Assembly (NCBI GenBank): GCA_951406725.2 | Contig: OX597815.1 | Coordinates: 169,942,001-170,006,000, forward strand | Direction of reading: 5' to 3' | Source: Octopus vulgaris | Taxonomy: Eukaryota | Length of the DNA stretch: 64,000 nt | In this document: positions 43,994-56,787 of the stretch, piece after piece | Layout of the letters: every line of letters starts with the position of its first letter | Position numbering within the stretch: position 1 is the stretch's first letter | Position numbers and translations under genes: made by a program | Notes under the pieces: model-generated | The model's input: the letters and a program-made list of their open reading frames with translations, nothing else | The model's database searches: none | Told to the model about the DNA's origin: nothing

Positions 43994-44954
43994 CACAAAG
44001 AAGAAGAAGAAGATGATGAAGAAACAACAAAAGCTAAAAACAAATGAAATCCAAACTAAAAATAGAACAGCAACGAGCCATGATAAAACGATGGCAAGAA
44101 AAGCCCCTTCATGGTAAATACTGGACTAAACTAAACGCAAAAGAAATAGACAAAGAAAAATCCCAGCAATGGTTGAGAAGCTCAGGACTCAAAGCAGAAA
44201 CAGAGGGATTTTTAGTTGCAGCACAAGACCAAAGCCTCCCCACCAGAAATTACCAAAAACATGTAATGAAAAGAAATATTACAAGTAACTGCAGAATATG
44301 TGGAGATGGACAAGAAACAATAAATCATATTATCTCTAGCTGCCCAGTCCTGGCTAAGAAGGAATATATTCACAGACATGACAGAGTTGGAACCTACATA
44401 CATTGGAAGCTATGCCAACATTATGGAATAACAACAGAAAAAAGATGGTATAGGCACACACCAGAAAAGGTCACAGAAAACGAGAAAGCAACCATACTCT
44501 GGGATATGCCGATACACACAGATAGAGAAATTAAGGCCAACAGACCAGATATAGTTGTCAGAGATCATGAAGAAAAAAAATGCTTTCTAATTGATGTATC
44601 AATACCGGCTGATGACAACGTGTCTCTAAAAGAAATGGAGAAACTCTCAAAATACAAAGACCTGGAAATAGAGGTAACTAGAATGCGGAATCTGAAAACA
44701 GAAACAATTCCTATCATAGTAGGTGCATTAGGCATGATAAAAAAGTATTCAGACAAATACATAACAAAAACACCAGGACTTACAAACACATATAACATAG
44801 AGGAAATTGCACTACTAGGCACTGCACACATCTTACGCAGAACACTTTCCATACAATAACCATCAGAGCATCACAACAAATCACAGCACATACCCAAGGC
44901 ACATAGAGCTGCGCTCGGTAGTGAAGTGAAAGCACGCTATAAAAAATAAAACTA

Positions 44955-44958
<4 letters not shown>
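43993..44958 (+). mobile_element. 5'-truncated R4/Dong-like non-LTR retrotransposon inserted in (AAT)n
   Basis: Open frame 44044-44859 plus ~100-bp 3' UTR, (AAT)n on both sides. Confidence 0.9.
44044..44859 (+). pseudogene. C-terminal zinc knuckle and restriction-like endonuclease of an R2-group (R4/Dong) LINE; RT domain missing
   Basis: AAQDQ, CRICG...ETINHIISSC (CCHC), RHD, RPDIV...LIDVS, KLSKY, PIIVGALG. Confidence 0.9.
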
Positions 44959-45012
<54 letters not shown>

Positions 45013-45074
45013 TAATAATAATAATAATAATGATAATAATAATAATAATAATAATAACAATAATAAAAAACAAT

Positions 45075-45470
45075 AGTTCTAAATTTTGTCACAAGGACAA
45101 CAATTTTGGGGTAGGGGATAAGTCGGTTACATCGACCCCAGTGTTTCGCTAGTCCTTACTTTATCGACTTAATCGAAAAGATGAAAGGTGAAATCGACCT
45201 CGGCGGAATTTGGACTCAGAATATAGCGACGGGCAAAATACCTATTTCTTTACTACCCACAAGCGGCTAAACACAGAGAGGACAAACAAGGACAGACAAA
45301 CGGATTAAGTCGATTATATCGACCCCAGTGCGTAACTGGTACTTATTTAACCGACCCCGAAAGGATGAAAGGCAAAGTCGACCTCGGCAGAATTTGAACT
45401 CAGAACATAGCGACGGGTGAAATACTGCTAAGCATTTCGTCCAGCATGCTAACGATTCTGCCAGCTCGAA
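45075..45470 (-). mobile_element. SINE family B dimer
   Basis: Two cores, same layout as 39748-40135. Confidence 0.85.
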
Positions 45471-45970
45471 TAATAATAATAGGAAGTCTTTCAAATTTTA
45501 GCACAAAGTGGGTGGATTCGCGGGAGAATTAGTCACATGGAAACCAGTATTTGACGATATCATTTTCCCGTCTTTTTGATATCATCTTCCCGTATTTTAA
45601 TGATCTGGTAACGCTTTTAATCCTGATGTAATTATGTGAGGGCACTAGAATTTCCCGCGACCATCATAAATGTTTTTCGTTAGCAAGCCTTCAAAATACG
45701 CTGTTGTTCATTCACAAAAGACATATCATGAAAGCGGAAACACTGTCTACAGCTTACTATAATAATATGAAGGTACAAATACGTGTAATTAAATTTAACA
45801 CCACACGCTAAGCTCCAAAGGACTTTTTCTTCGTGAAGATCGTGTTGATATAAAATTTTAACTTCACTGCGGTGAATGTATATATATTATCTTCGTCGGG
45901 AGATAGGCCGAGAAAATCCATTGATTAGAAGGTGACTTACGACAGTAGATAAAGTTTAAAGATGTGCATA

Positions 45971-46383
45971 CTCTTTACTCTTTTACTCTTTTACTTTTTT
46001 CAGTCATTTGACTGTGGCCATGCTGGAGCACTTCCTTTAGTCGATCGAGCAAATCGACCCCAGGACTTATTCTTTGCAAGCCTAGTACTTATTCTATCGG
46101 TCTCTTTTGCCGAACCACTAAGTTACGGGGACGTAAGCACACCAGTATCGGTTGTCAAGCGATGTTGTGGGGGGGGGGGGCAAACACAGACTCACACACA
46201 CATATATATATATATATATACGACGGGCTTCTTTCAGTTTCCGTCTACCAAATCCACTCACAAGGCTTTGGTCGGCCCGAGGCTATAGTAGAAGACAATT
46301 TTCCAAGGTGCCACGCAGTGGGACTGAACCCGGAACCATGTGGTTGGTAAGCAAGCTACTTACCACACAGCCACTACTACGCC
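45971..46383 (-). mobile_element. SINE family A, full length
   Basis: Head, internal (TA/CA)n and (TTTTACTC)n tail all present. Confidence 0.9.
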
Positions 46384-47539
46384 TATTTTCATATAATTTT
46401 AGTCGAAGTCTTACGAGAATGTTTCCACCTTCATAGCATGTTTCTAATGAATAAATAAATGTTTCGCGAAGGTTTAGTGGCAAAAAATGTGATTAATAAC
46501 CTTTCTAATTTTGGCACAAGCCCAGCAGTAGTGAGGGGCAGGGCAAGTTAATTACATCTACCCCAGTATTTGACTGTTATTTAATTTTGCTGACTCCGAA
46601 AAGAACGAAAGGTTAAGTCGGTCTTGGCAGCATTTGAACTCCAAACGTTAAGTTTCAGGAGAAATATCGCTAAGCATTTTGTCCGATGCACTAACACTTC
46701 TGCCAGCTTTCCACCTTCAGAATGTTATTAATAACAAGGTAACCATAAGGCGGTGGATTGGCAAAAATGTTTAACGGTGTTTCTTCCGAATCCTTACGTT
46801 CGGAGTTCAAGCACTGCCGAGGTCAACTTTACTTTACATCCGCTTCGGGATCGGTAAATTAAGCATCAGCTGAGAACTGGGATCATTGTAATCGACTTAC
46901 CTGCTACACCAAAATTGCTGGCTTTGTGTCAAATTTCGAAACCAAAAATAAGGCGGCAGTTTATTAGGAATTTATCCGATTTAACAAAGCAGCATTTTGT
47001 TTGAAAGTTACCCCAAAATATGATTACATGTCTCTTTATTTCATTTAATTTGCCACAAGTGCAGCACACAGATAGAAGCTTGCGGGCTGGACACAGACAT
47101 CAATGGGATGAATGATAATGATGCAAGGATGATAAGGATGGGAGAAGACGAAAAGCGCCCGCCGACTTTCGCTTCTCTAAAACATTGTTCTTTTTTCTTT
47201 TTTCTAGAAAACACAATGAGGCAATAAACCTCTTACATAAAAACACAATGTTCAGAATTCTTTCTTTTTTCTTTTTCTTTTTAAAGCACAATGAGGCTAT
47301 AAACCTCGTACATAGTTCAATATTGCACAAAAAGTCACATACACGAGGCAACAAACCTCTCACTTTTTTTTTTCACATACATGTCCCTTGTTAATACGAT
47401 AACAAGGTGGCAGTTTGTTGGGAAAATTACCACAAAACATTGTTACTTGTTAATCCGGCGTCACGAATTATCAGTTGCCAGAAAATTTGTGCAGTACCTC
47501 TATATAACAAAATAAAGAATAATGAATATAAATATGTGG

Positions 47540-47912
47540 AAGCACTCCGTCGGTTACGACGATGAGGCTCCGGTTGATCCGAATCAACGGAACAGCCTGC
47601 TCGTGAAGTTAACGTGTAAGTGGCTGAGCACTCCACAGACACGTGTACCCTTAACGTAGTTCTCGGGGATATTCAGCGTGACACAGAGAGTGACAAGGCC
47701 GGCCCTTTGAAATACAGATACAACATAAACAGGAAGTAAGAGAAAGTTGTGGCGAAAGAGTACAGCAGGGATCACCACCATCCCTGCCGGAGCCTCGTGA
47801 AGCTTTAGGTGTTTTCACTCAATAAACACTCACAACACCCGGTCTGGGAATCGAAACCGCGATCCTATGACCGCGAGACCGCTGCCCTAACCACTGGGCC
47901 ATTGCGCCTCCA
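47540..47912 (-). mobile_element. SINE family C composite copy
   Basis: GGCGCAATGGCCCAGTGGTTAGGGC head and GTTTCGATTCCC B box on the minus strand; tail shared with 13357 and 26145. Confidence 0.85.
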
Positions 47913-48377
47913 CATAAATATGTTAGTATATGTTTTAAAATAGTTAGCATTGCTATCTTTCACAATGTAATTGTTTCAGCAAATATTTTTTTTCAAATAT
48001 TCTGTTTGTCAAAATTGATTAGGTCTGTCTTAGTCGATAACTTAACAGTACTTACATAGCTGTAGTGTTTACGTGAATCGAGGTCAATATCATTCTGCTT
48101 TTTACGTTTTTTTTCCTCCTCGTATGTTTATTCAAGATCTCATAAAACTGTTTCATTCTTTATAAGTGTCTAGAATTCTACTTTACTTCATATTACATTT
48201 GTTCCATGCTGCTCTAACGTACTAAGTACATTATAATTATTATTATTATAATTATTATTATCGTTACTTATATCGCATGTCTTATTGGTTTTAACTCATT
48301 CGATCTTGTATGTCAAACTTTATGTTCGTCTTTGCAATTGCTCTCCTCTTCCGTCGCCCTAGTGGTGTACAATAGAA

Positions 48378-48539
48378 ATCATCATCACCATCATGATCAT
48401 CGTCTCGGCGTCGTCGTGGTCGACATCCTCCTACTGGGGCTTCTGCTCCTCCTCCTCCTAATCATCATCATCATCGTCATCACCATTATCATCATCGTCA
48501 TTGTCGTCATCGTCGTTGTCAACATCGTCGTCGTCGTCG

Positions 48540-48573
<34 letters not shown>

Positions 48574-48625
48574 TGTCGTCGTCGTCATCATCGTCATCAT
48601 CGTCATCATCATCATCATCATCATC
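48378..48625. repeat. (CAT/CGT)n compound trinucleotide repeat
   Basis: Directly visible. Confidence 0.95.
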
Positions 48626-49098
48626 TTCCGACTAGCGAAACAAGCTTAATCTCCTTATACTATAGAAACACATTTTTTTCATGTGTTACCTTCTAGGAGT
48701 TTCACATGTTTTTAAAAGGAAGACACCGCGTATAATGCGTTGTGCCTATAACTTCTGTTTTCGCCGAGCAGACATACATGGATATTAGGAGGGGTTTTCT
48801 CTATCGCCCATGGTGCTTTGAAGCTAATTTATTTTACATCCATTCCCAATATATAATTTTATTACAGTTTTCCAAACAATGGCGCTGGAGTGGCTTTGTA
48901 GTAAGTAGCTTGCTTACCAACCACATGGTTCCGAATTCAGTCCCACTGCGTGGCACCTTGAGCAGGTGTCTTCTACTATAGTCTCGGGCCTCAGTTTAGC
49001 TCACAGATTTTTTAATTATTTTTTTTAACTAATCAGTTTGAAACTTCGTATACTTCGTATTCTTCTCACGCGGAACACGGTTTACTTTGAATATTTTT

Positions 49099-49968
49099 GA
49101 CAAAATTTGTTATTTTAGAAGTTATTTCGTGTTAAAGTTGTTGTATTTGGGTAATTTCATCCAATCAACGACGTGTATTCAGTTGAAGAAAGCAACTGCT
49201 GTTTGCGATAGTAATCGAAGTGAAACAACTTCCAAGTCATCTCTACTGAATGTCAGCACTCTGTCGAGCGACCAGCTTTATACTTTCTTCCTCTCTAGTC
49301 AGCACCGTAAATTCCTTACTCTTTCTCTCACTTCTACACGGTCAACTAGCAACCAGCGAGCGAACTTGTCACTACAATTACCGTATTTTCGGATCTATAA
49401 GCCGCTATTTGTTTTGTTTTACCTTCATGTTTTGATAACGTCATTTTTAATCTAATAAAGACTTTTATATTGACGAAATGTGTTTGTTGTTGATTATAGT
49501 AAGATAAAATCATGACGATGACAATATATCTCATAATTGTAAAATAAGGCATTTTGAAACTACATGCACGTCAACAACAATAAAGCTAGCTGCGGACTCG
49601 TAGCGCTAGAGGTCTTTTAAACACCGGTGCGCTTTATGTGTGGATAAAACACCGATGTCAGGCAAATGAATGAATATATGTAAATAATATTTCCTCCTTC
49701 TTGGTGTTGATTTTCCGATGTTTACTGGTTACTCCGACGCGAGAACCAAAGAAAAAAAGAGCGTCTAATATGCAACGCAGGCGGTAAACAGAAATACAAT
49801 AGAACAGAGTGGTGACATTTAGTAGAGATGGCCCGAAAGTTGTTCCTCTTCGATTACTATCGCAAACAGCAGTTGCATTCTTCGACTGAATACACGTCGT
49901 TGATTGGTTGAAATTATCCAAACACGACAACTTTAACACGAAATAACTTCTAAAATACCAATTTTGTC
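49099..49968. mobile_element. Non-autonomous element with ~165-bp inverted repeats
   Basis: 49099-49264 resembles the reverse complement of 49804-49968; followed by a HINE-like end ...CAGACAGAC...TTTTATATAATAGAT at about 50061. Confidence 0.75.
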
Positions 49969-50534
49969 TACATATCAAATTTGAGCGCAATCGGATGGAG
50001 GATGCCTGAGATCCTAGAAGACACATACACAGACAGACATAACGGATTTTATATAATAGATAAAATGTGAACGCGCGCTCATGTGTATGAGACTGACAAT
50101 GTCTTCGAAGTTTCGGCTTACCAGGTGTCATCAGATGCTGTGAGCAGAAATTTTGAAGTTATTGTTAGCCTTTTTTCTTTTTAAAAATTACTAAATTTGT
50201 ACTCTACTAAAAAGTATTGGGTAATCCTTCAGTTCGATGTTAAGTTGTTTTTATATATAAATTCACATAAAGACAAAACCTCAGAACTAGTAGTTGAATG
50301 ATCACTGGTTTCCTATAACAGTAGCAACGGATTTTGTCTTATCATGCAGTTGGCAGTCACTACATGCTACTGACAAAGTGCGGCGAAGTAGAAATGTGCA
50401 TCTAGCATTGTCAATGCTGGATGAGTTTCGTCTGTTACTGATATACTTGAGCTTTTAAACACAGCACGTCCACGAGAAAGTAACACCGGACGAATACCGC
50501 AGTAAATTCAATTTTTCGCGATGTATCTGCTGTT

Positions 50535-50862
50535 ATGACCCCCTTCGGTCATGACTGACCGTGGGTTTGCACCTAGAAGGTTACCCTCCCAGGCACAAGT
50601 CTGGGCAAGATTGTTTATGGAAGACCAGCAGTCGCCCATGCATACCGGCTTCCACTCCCCACGCCACCAGTGTTATCCAAGGGAAAGGCAAAGGGGCCGA
50701 TACAGCTTGGCACCTGTGACGTCGCAACTCATTTCTACAGCTGAGTTAACTGGAGCAACGTAAAATAAAGTGTCTTGCTCAAGAACACAACACACAGCCC
50801 GGTCCGGAATTTGAGCTCACAACCTCATGATCGTAAGCTCGACGCTCTAACCACTGAGCCAT
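50535..50862 (-). mobile_element. SINE with family C head/core and a different tail
   Basis: TGGAGCAACGTAAAATAAAGTGTCTTGCTCAAGAACACAAC; head ...CTCTAACCACTGAGCCA. Confidence 0.8.
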
Positions 50863-51738
50863 AAACATATGGCTATTCTTAAACATCAATATATTTACAC
50901 ACACACACACACGCACGTATTCATATACTTGGTCATATCTGAGTGTGTTTCCCTAGCTTGACCAGGATTGAGCTGATTAAGACAATATGGTCGATTGCTT
51001 CTTGGCTCTCACTGCACATTGACTACTGCTAACTTTGTTAGTTATGATTAAAAGAATATTTCGTATTTGCGAACTAGCGTTCATCAGAGCTGACACTGCG
51101 TTCTTTTCATTGATTCTGGACCACCATTAACAAGTGGTTTTCTCTTCTCTTCCTCATTTATCTTATCCAATATGCTTTCCCTCATCATCTCCCTCTGGAG
51201 CAATAAGCCAGATATCTTATACTGTCTTTTGTTCATTTGCGTTTTTTTTTTAGCTACTTTGCTCTTATTATTTTCAGCTACATTCCCAGCTGCTGTAGCG
51301 TGTCTAATTAGAAATTTTTTTCCCGGTAAACAGTAAATTTTGTAGGTTTTGTTTTATCCTCTTCCTTAATTAATTGATAGATCCCACCCCTATTTCCAAT
51401 GACGTACTTTGCACATTTTTTTCTTTGTTTCATATTTACTATTCAAATGAAAATATTTTGACTGCATCATATTTTCATGGTGTAGCCAATAGCAATTTTC
51501 TTTGTCTTCTGTCTACGTTTTTTCCGTTTATTTATTTTTCCAATTGATTTTTATTGAAACTGTATTTAATTACTAGGACAGCTAATACGTTTATATTAAT
51601 TACATTGTTTTCTTACTTCGCAATAAAACACTATCTCATATCAATCTGACCTGTATTCTAATATTGTTTTTGATTTTTCATTTTACTTGTGAAAACAGTA
51701 AACGACTCTTGCTTCATTTATTGTTAAGCTTATGTATT

Positions 51739-53404
51739 ACTAGCAGTATCGCCCGGCGTTGCTCGGGTTTGTTTCGACCCGCTGGAATTGTAATTTTGAA
51801 AAGTAAAAATTTTGTGAACATTTTTCTGGTCGAAGTACACCGAAAAGTGGCGACACAGCAGTGAAAAAATCGTAAAAAATAGGGATTTTCATAGAAAAAA
51901 GCATCTTTTTGATGTAAATAATTTTTGGTGTTAACATGGTCCGATTTGAATTTTATGTTCTACGGAAGGAAGAGCAACCCTTCTTCTACCATACTCTCAA
52001 TTTTGGTCAACTTGCGCCGCAGGGTCTCGGAGGAGATAGTGTTAGTTGAAGGTTACCATTCTAGGTGCCTGAGTAACAACCTCGCGGATTTACAGATAAA
52101 TGAATTAATTACTATTTTACAGAATAAAATTAAATAATTCTTGAAAATTAATTAATATTAATATTTTTTGAACAAAGTAAATAATTTTTAAAACTTAAAT
52201 AATAATTTTTTTTACACAAACGCGAACGGGGAAAAGGGGGTGGCGAATTCGATTTACATACCTAAATTTTTTCTTTTTCATGACATTGTAGCAAAATAGT
52301 AGTGAATTATATAAATACCAGCAGTACATTTTTTTTTCTGGGGTATTTTTTTTCAACCTCGTCACATATTTGCCCCTTTCAATTTAAACAAAGTCTTAAT
52401 TAAGCAATTACGGCAGCTTAGCAATGGTTTCAATACAGGCGTGACATGTGTATCTCAATTGTTCAAAACCCTTCGAATTTTTTCGCACGTGATGATATCA
52501 TAGTGAAAACTTTCAATTACGCGCGCTTAGAAGTACGCTCGCAAATTAATACTACCAAAATTTTGAAGTTCGCGCTCCGCTTGTGTGTGTGTGTGCGTGC
52601 TTTAGGTGTACGTAGGTATGTGTTTTTGTGTGTGTGTGTCACTGAAGCCATACATACATATATACATACATAACCTCTCTCTCTCTTTTCTCTCTCAGTC
52701 ACTCACTACAAAAAGTGAATAAAAAAGTTCAGTTATTTCTGTCTTTCACTCTGTCTGTCTCTTTACACACACTAACAAAAGCACTTCACTTACACACCAC
52801 ACTTTCTGTGTCGCACAACCCATCAAACACACACACACACACACACACACACTCACGCACGCACACATGTACATCAATGCTTTCGGAGTGAAATGTTAAA
52901 ATATTGAGTTTTCTCGAATTTTGTCTTAATTGGGGGTGAAATTGAAAGAAATATATTATGGCATGACCGAATGGAGTACTTTGAAAAATCTTAGGTAAAC
53001 TCTAATTGAAGAAATTGTGTGAGGAGTAAATCGTTATGTATTTATTTGTTTCTGTTTGCCGTGTTTTTTTATTTTTTGAGTAGTGGTTTAAATACTTTCA
53101 GTTTAGTCTTCCTCAAATCACTCTGTCGCTATTTACTTTCATTTTATTCGTTGCACACTGTGTGTGTGCGTGTGCGTGTGGTGTAAACCACATTAAGAAA
53201 AGCATTTGACATACACACCAGAATGTGAGTTTTCTGTAAATTTTGCTTAATTGGAGTTTAAATTTTAAAAACTGGACCTGGCATGACCCGATGCATTCTA
53301 CTCTTAAAAATGCTAGGTAAATTGTAATTGAAGAAATCCTATATTATAGATTTCTATAAGTTACAAAGGGAGGCAGATAAAATCTGCCTTTTATAATAAG
53401 AGAT
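51739..53404. mobile_element. Helentron/HINE-like non-autonomous element
   Basis: Begins ACTAGCAGTATCGCCCGGCGTTGCTCGGG (subterminal hairpin), ends CCTTTTATAATAAGAGAT; internal repeat at about 52890-53030 and 53225-53340. Confidence 0.65.
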
Positions 53405-53552
53405 TTGTGTTATATATTTTTGTGTATTTTGATGTTGCATATTTTTTGTTATTTTCTTCTTTCGAGAAAAGTTTTAGAACATTTTGCAAACCCCATATTC
53501 ATATTTTACTTAACTATATTTTAATATTAAAGTCTTCCCTATCGGCCACTAA

Positions 53553-53975
53553 GGGAGCGAGCTGGCAGAAACGTTAGCACACCAGGCCAAATACTTAACC
53601 GTATTTCGTCTGTCTTTACGCTCTGAGTTCAAATTCCGCCGAGGTCGACTTTGCCTTTCATCCTTTCGGGGTCGATTAATTAAGTACCAGTAACGCAGTA
53701 GGGTCGATATAATCGACTTAATCCGTTTGTCTGTCCTTGTTTGTCCTCTCTGTGTTTAGCCCCTTGTGGGCAATAAAGAAATAAGAATCGTTAGCACACC
53801 GAACGAAACGCTTTGCGGCATTTTGTCCGTCTTTACGTTCTGAATTCAAGTTCTGCCCATGTCAACTTTGCCTTTCAGGGTCGGTAAAATAAGTACCTGT
53901 TGAGCACTGGGATTGATGTAATCGACTTATCCCCGCCTCCGAAATTGCTGGCCTTGTGCTAAAATTTTGAAATCA
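53553..53975 (+). mobile_element. SINE family B dimer
   Basis: Two cores. Confidence 0.85.
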
Positions 53976-54686
53976 ATATTAAAGTCTTCCGCATCTTTTA
54001 CTTGAAGATCCGGTGCTTTCTGCCATTATTCCTGCGCCTTATTTATCAACAGCTGTCTCTTCAGACTCACTGGTGTTTCAGTTCTCTTTGATTATTTCCA
54101 AAGAAATTGCTGAAATATGTTTGATGCATTTACAATGGTGTTTACATTGTCTGTAGCTTGTGTGTCGCCACGTGTTGCCTTTGGCTGTTGACTGTGCGTA
54201 TCTTTGATTAAAAACGTTCCGAAGATATTTGATAATGATTTCTTTTTATTTTTATTGCAAAATCTTACAGTGATTAATGTGATTAGTCCTCAAATTGTTT
54301 TGCATGTTTTCATCGACATATTATCAATCGTATTTAGTTTGTATAGTAATAGTAATCATGCCATTATTCTAACTACTACTGTTTCATTATTTTCTTGGTT
54401 CGTTGCTTACAATACTTGACTTGTTCTTCCAAAGCTGATATATTTTGAAACATCATCAAATGTTTTCTTTCTGTTATTTTTTCTACTGTGTAATTTTCAC
54501 ATATTATATTTTATTTATGCTTATAATCAACAACTCTAAACGGAATATTGCTGTTGTGATACAGATGAACTTCAACCAAGAACACTTCTGATCAAAGTCA
54601 TTGCAGTCGTGACTAACGCTTTGTTGTTTATTTCTTTGTGGTTGAGGAGAAGAGATTTTCGTAATGCGCTCATCATTTTATTTAAA

Positions 54687-55083
54687 ACTAGCAGTATCAG
54701 CCGGCGTTGCTCGGGGTTGTTTCGACCCTTGAGAATTGGAACTTTTGAAAAGTAAAATGTTTGTATTATGTAGCTTGTTATTCTCTTTAAGTGAACATTT
54801 TTCTGGTTGAAATACACTGAAAAATGGCGACTCAGCAGTCAAAATATCGTAAAAAATAGGTATTTTCATAGAAAAAAAAAGCACCTTTTTGATGTAAATA
54901 ATTTTTGATGTTGACATGGTCCGATTTGAATTTTTTTCTTCTACAGAAGGACGAGCAAGTCTTCTTCCATCATACTCTCAATTTTGGTCAACTTGCCGCA
55001 GGATCTCGGAGGAGATAGTGTTAGTTAAAGGCTACCAAATCTGCCATACACAGACAACTTCAGCTTTATATATATGGAGAGAT
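54687..55083. mobile_element. Shorter copy of the HINE-like element
   Basis: Similar to 51739-52057; ends CAGCTTTATATATATGGAGAGAT. Confidence 0.7.
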
Positions 55084-55653
55084 ATATCAGGCTATGATTT
55101 CAAAGTATTTGGTTGTGATTTCTAGCGGATCACGTAACCACATGGAAGTTTTCTCGTTGGCTCGCCAGCAGAAGTGTAACTAATGTTAATTAGTTAAGTG
55201 TTTACAATTTGGAAAAAACATATCTTATTGCATAGTATAACATTATTGTTTGGCAAACGTGTTTTACGATATAGGAATAACGTTAGTTCACTGTTTATGG
55301 TTTCCACCCCTTCTTTTGTTTATCAGCATGTAAACAATCGACAAATTAAAAGGTCATAATCTAGGAAAATGTCTGCAAAATGTAAATTAAAATAATTGAC
55401 GTCATACATTGACACCGCCGGTATAAATGCCATGTAGTACATAAATTACTTATATTTGACGAGTCAACAAAAAGTCTCTAAATGATCGCTCAACTGCTAA
55501 AAACCTGGAAAGTAGCGACAATAGGAATGATATATTAGATCGTGTTTTAATAACTAAAGTTTCCAAAGTCATTCCAGGGCTGTTTCACTTGTGGCGCTCC
55601 TCCAGAGGGCGCCTTAAATAATAGTTGGTGTTTTTAATACCTATTGTCTAAAG

Positions 55654-56323
55654 TAGGGATCCCCAAACTTTTTAGACCATCATGGACCCCGTCCCCGGGA
55701 TGTACAAGAAAATAATTAAGGAGATGACCCTTTGAATAATTTTTCTCAACAATAAACAGCAATGAGTATGACCTTCGTGAATTGATCTAAATGTTTGTTA
55801 GGAAAACAAGTTTTTATGGTAATGATATCTAGCAGTAGAAAAAGACAATATAACAGAGGTGGGTAATTGAAAAGCAGTTTGCAACATTCGAAACCATACT
55901 ACCTCTTCCACTGTGAAAAAAAAAACTGAGAAAGTCATTAGAAAATACCAACATTAGGAGTTTCAACAGCATGTGGAACAACCTCCAGCTCTGACTACTG
56001 CTATCTTTCCTTTGAAGAAAATTCTCAATGTGTATAACTGTAATGAAAGATAGTGGGCGATTACAAGGCGGTTCACGGTGCTGATGATATCCAGAGAGGT
56101 AGAAACGCATTCCCTGATTCCACTACTCGGGTGGACACTCATAGCCATTTGACGTTTAAAAAGACATATTTTTATAGTTAAATCTTATTAGGAATTGTAC
56201 TGACAAAATGTTAAAATATTTTGACTATTGTGGTAGCATGAGCAATTTTTTGCACATAAATTTTGATGACAAAATCTTATATGAACCCTCAAGAGTCATA
56301 TGGACTCTGGTTGAGAACCATTG
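55654..56323. mobile_element. hAT (Charlie/Buster-type) MITE
   Basis: Ends TAGGGATCCCCAAACT and GGTTGAGAACCATTG; 8-bp TSD GTCTAAAG/GCCTAAAG (7/8 match). Confidence 0.75.
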
Positions 56324-56527
56324 GCCTAAAGTGAGAAAGGTTCCCCACCACAGCAAATTAGCACTGAATATGACTTTTGTACTGGTCAAATATGTTCTAG
56401 ACATGTTAAAACTGATTTATATGTTAGTTTAGTTGCAAAATTGTTTATATGTGTGCCAGCACAGTATTTTGTTCAGCTGTGGCTGGCATCGCGCTCAATC
56501 AGCTCATGCTTGATGTTGATTTTTTTA

Positions 56528-56787
56528 TACGCCCTTTTCAAGCCTAGCCAGGCACATGGACCCGGTTTCCCCGTTTCTGTGGCGTATGTGTTCCCCACAG
56601 TTGGACGGGACGCCAGTCCATCGCAACGTTACTCAAGAAACAGGAAGAAAGAGTGAGAGAAAGTTGGGGCAAAAGAGTACAACCGGTGTTTTCGCTCAAT
56701 AAACACACACAACGCCCGGTCTGGGAATCGAAACCGCGATCCTCCGACCGCGAGTCCGCTGCCCTAACCACTGGGCCATTGCGCCTC
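56528..56787 (-). mobile_element. SINE family C variant
   Basis: Similar to 23550-23838. Confidence 0.85.

Noticed and set aside
56077-56113. CTGATGA-TATC..GGTA-GAAAC inside the hAT MITE
   Set aside because: No properly placed NUH triplet or stem III; may be chance
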